A stretch of DNA of 64,000 bases from the human T2T-CHM13v2.0 reference genome, Homo sapiens: NCBI RefSeq assembly GCF_009914755.1, contig NC_060931.1. One strand, 5' to 3'. Below the pieces are notes generated by a model. The model ran no database searches and was not told the DNA's origin. It was given only the letters and a program-made list of their open reading frames with translations. Shown piece by piece: positions 60,467 to 64,000 of the stretch (position 1 is the first letter of the stretch; every line of letters starts with the position of its first letter). The translations under genes were made by a program, and so were the position numbers.

Positions 60467-61167
60467 TTAATAATATTATATTTTAAATTTATGTTGAACC
60501 TCCATTAAATTTAAAGCTTTTTTTTTTTAAGTAGGGCATGCCCTCTTTTTCTAGTAAGTTGTCTGATTGTGGGCACCCAATAACTTTCTTACAAATAATA
60601 ATGTTGATAAATAGTAATTATAGTGGAGATGTTGCGTAACCTGACCATGATAAGGTCAAGTTGTCTCTAGAATGTAAATCCCACTGATAGCCGTTTATAT
60701 TGTATTATTGATGTTGTTGTCTTGAAAGACATGTTTTAAGTTCTTGTAGCTTGGTACCATATTCATCATGGGTGATTTTTTTTCCAATCATTTATGTTCC
60801 TGCCTCTCAAGATGTCAAGTGGCTGGAAGCCACTGCATCTGCAAAGCAGACTGATCATTGTTGAATAGTTTTCATCTGGAAGTTTTCTCTTTGTTTGAAG
60901 TGATACTCTCCTGTCCATTGGACATAGTTCTTTTCTCTGAGTGATAACAAATCAGTTTAATCCTTTTATGAATGCCCTTGAAATATATGAAGATAGCTAT
61001 CATAGTCCATTTAGTCTTGCTTTCCCTCCTTAAACTGAACATTCCCAGTTTCTGGTATGCCCTGGTCTATGAACTATCTCAGTCATCTTTCTCCATTACC
61101 CATTAGCTTGGCAGTGTCCATCTTAAAAAGGAGTGCCCCAGAGTATACCCAGTGTTCCAGATGTACT

Positions 61168-61443
61168 CTTTTTTTTTTTTTTTTTTTTTTTGAGACAGAG
61201 TCTTTTGCCAGAGCTGGAGTGCAGTGGCGCAATCTTGGCTCACTGCAGCCTCTGCCTCCCGGGTTCAAGTGATTCTCTTGCCTCAGCCTCCTGAGTAGCT
61301 GGGACTACAGGCACAAGCCACCATGCCCAACTGTCTATTTATTTATTTAGTAGAGATGGAGTTTCACCATGTTGGCCAGGCTGGTCTCGATCGAATTCCT
61401 GGCCTCAAGCGATTCTCCCACCGCCTCGGCCTCACCAAGTGCC
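61168..61443 (-). mobile_element. AluS (diverged)
   Basis: T tail and Alu body. Confidence 0.88.
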
Positions 61444-61534
61444 CAGATGCACTCTGGGTGTTGAGCAGCACCATCACTTTCCTTGTTCAGGACCCAGTGC
61501 TGGACACAATGCTTCTTAGTGTGTCCTATCATTG

Positions 61535-62185
61535 CATTTGTCAGGTATTTACTGAGCATTTACCAAGATGCTGTGAGGGTGTGTGGGGATAAAGAAATTA
61601 ATCAGTCAAGATTCTACCTTTCATGTGCTCATATTCTTGGTGAAGAATAGAAAGGGAAATATGGGACAAAGAAATAGAAAGCATGTATCCACAGCATTAA
61701 TTCATGACAGAAAATATGGCAAGATAGGTAAAAATGCCTTGCTGTGGGAGGAAGAAATTACGAAGGAGGACAGGGAAGGCTTAGTGAAGTATATGAACTA
61801 GGCTTTGTGAAGAGTGAAGAGGAATTAGACATAGGTTTGAAGAAGAGCACGAACAAGTGATAAATGTCTAGGATGTGGAAAGGAAAGCTTGGGTCAGACT
61901 GGAGGATCGCGAATGTCAGACTCAAGGAACTTTGCCTTTTTAAATTAGGTAGCGAGGAGCCACTGAGTGGGTGTTAAGCATGGAGTGCCACGTGCACACC
62001 TGTGCTTTAGGGAAATTTTTCTGAGTTTTGTGTAAGATGGATTTGAAAAGCAAGGGTATAGAGATAGAGGGGAGAGAGACATTAAGTGCCTGAATCAGGG
62101 GACAGGGAAGGAAAATGGAGAGGAAGGAACAGATTAAGAGATAGTAAAGAGGTAAACTTGATAAGACTTTGGCCACTGATTGGCT
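61535..62185 (-). mobile_element. L2 fragment
   Basis: gtatttactgagcatttaccaagatgc; gaggagccactgagtgggtgttaagcatggag. Confidence 0.65.
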
Positions 62186-62214
62186 ATAGAAGAAGAAATA
62201 CAGATTGAAATTAG

Positions 62215-62640
<426 letters not shown>

Positions 62641-63827
62641 TGAATCTTCATTCTGTCATCAAAAAATCTTAGCTATTCCTGTAAGTTCCTTGTCTTCCTT
62701 GATTACATAAGCAATCTTTTTTTTATGCATGTCATTGAAAAAATGTCCAACAGCATAGGACTAAGTTGAGAATTGGGGAGCTATACCTCCTGACACTTCC
62801 TTGTATGTTGACATCTGTATATTACTTAGTGTCTCAGGAGTTCATATGTTTTTCTAACTAGGAACCTGGGCTTTAGCTCAAGAGCAGGCCCTACAGCTTA
62901 AGTTTAAATGCCAGCTTTTCTACCTACTATTTATATGACACTGAAAAGCTCCTCAGCCTCTCTGCCTTGATTTCCTCATCTGCAAAAAGGTAATAATAGT
63001 CCTTTCCTCAAAGCGTTGTTTCAAAAATTGTCAATCTTTTATAACTGGTTTTAGCGAAGTGATATGCTCCCCCAAAAATGATTTGCTGCTATTTTGATAA
63101 TGATAATAATGGTAATGACAGTGATTGCCTTTACCAGTTCCCATGACACTATTCCACATATTTCATAATCTGCCCTATAAAAGATTGATCAGGTTTCTTG
63201 CTGGTGTCTTCCCAGCCTGATTCTTTTAATGCAGCCAACCCTTCCTCATGTTGGCATGCAGGCCTGTTATGGACAATACTAGATATTTGTTCAAGAATCC
63301 TCCCATCCCTTTACTGTTAGGACCCACTTCTCCCAACTGAAGCATTCCTTAAGAACTCTCTTCTTGGGCAGCTTTCAAATTACCTTTGGAAACAAGATCA
63401 AGATAACCAAGAGCCAAATTTACCACCGCCCCAGTCAGTTAGGAAAGGATCATGTGACCTATTCTTCGTGAGATCCTCCTAGCTTCTAGTGAGTACCACT
63501 TTCTAATTATTCATGAACTATGTTTTAATTATCTGTTCAGAATTTTGCCTACAATTCCAAATTCACCTCATTTCTGTAATTTACGTTGCTTTTCTTTTAT
63601 GAACATCAGGGATTTGCTCCCAGGCATTTTCTCCTGTGTGTCAGGATACCTTCAAAAATGATCAGCAGTGGTTCTGTGATTCCATGCTTTGAATTATTTC
63701 GGCATCACAAGATCCTTCCCTAAATTTGTTAAACCTTTCAGGAATTTTTTTGATCTCAATAACCATTAACAAACACAGTGGATCACTGCATCTTTAAAAC
63801 AATTTATTCACTTGGTTTCTAGAATTC

Positions 63828-64000
63828 CATTTATTCAACAAATATTTATTGAGTGCTAGTACAAGAGTTTGTAGATATAACAGTGAACTAAGCAGATTAA
63901 ATATCTGCTTTCATGGGGTTTATGTTCTGTTGTGAATGGGAGAGGGGAGATAGACAATAAATGAATGTAATACATAAACATAAAGAATTTTAGGGCTGGG
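63828..64000 (-). mobile_element. L2a 3' end
   Basis: catttattcaacaaatatttattgagtgcta. Confidence 0.75.

Overview
This is primate genomic DNA, almost certainly human given a fully diagnostic AluYa5. It lies inside the large gene EXOC4 (SEC8, exocyst), which is transcribed on the + strand. The window is intronic except for one 137-bp coding exon at 56845-56981 ([46 protein letters not shown]; from memory exon 12). Most of the rest is interspersed repeat (Alu, L1, L2, MIR, CR1/L3, MaLR/ERV solo LTRs, hAT MITEs) and microsatellite. The most notable structure is a full-length, antisense-oriented L1PA2 (50617-56701, perfect 19-bp TSD) whose 5' end sits only 143 bp upstream of the exon acceptor. 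It cannot retrotranspose (ORF1 frameshift, ORF2 D600H and W1144stop). It does keep the antisense promoter region, an intact 71-aa ORF0 with both splice donors, and an antisense AATAAA, which is a 'gene-breaking' arrangement that could split EXOC4. It also carries a short 3' transduction. Just downstream of the exon are two chimeric Alu-in-Alu structures, one involving an AluYa5. Repeat subfamily names come from recalled consensus features, not from a search, and boundaries of old repeats are approximate. No expression evidence can be read from sequence alone.
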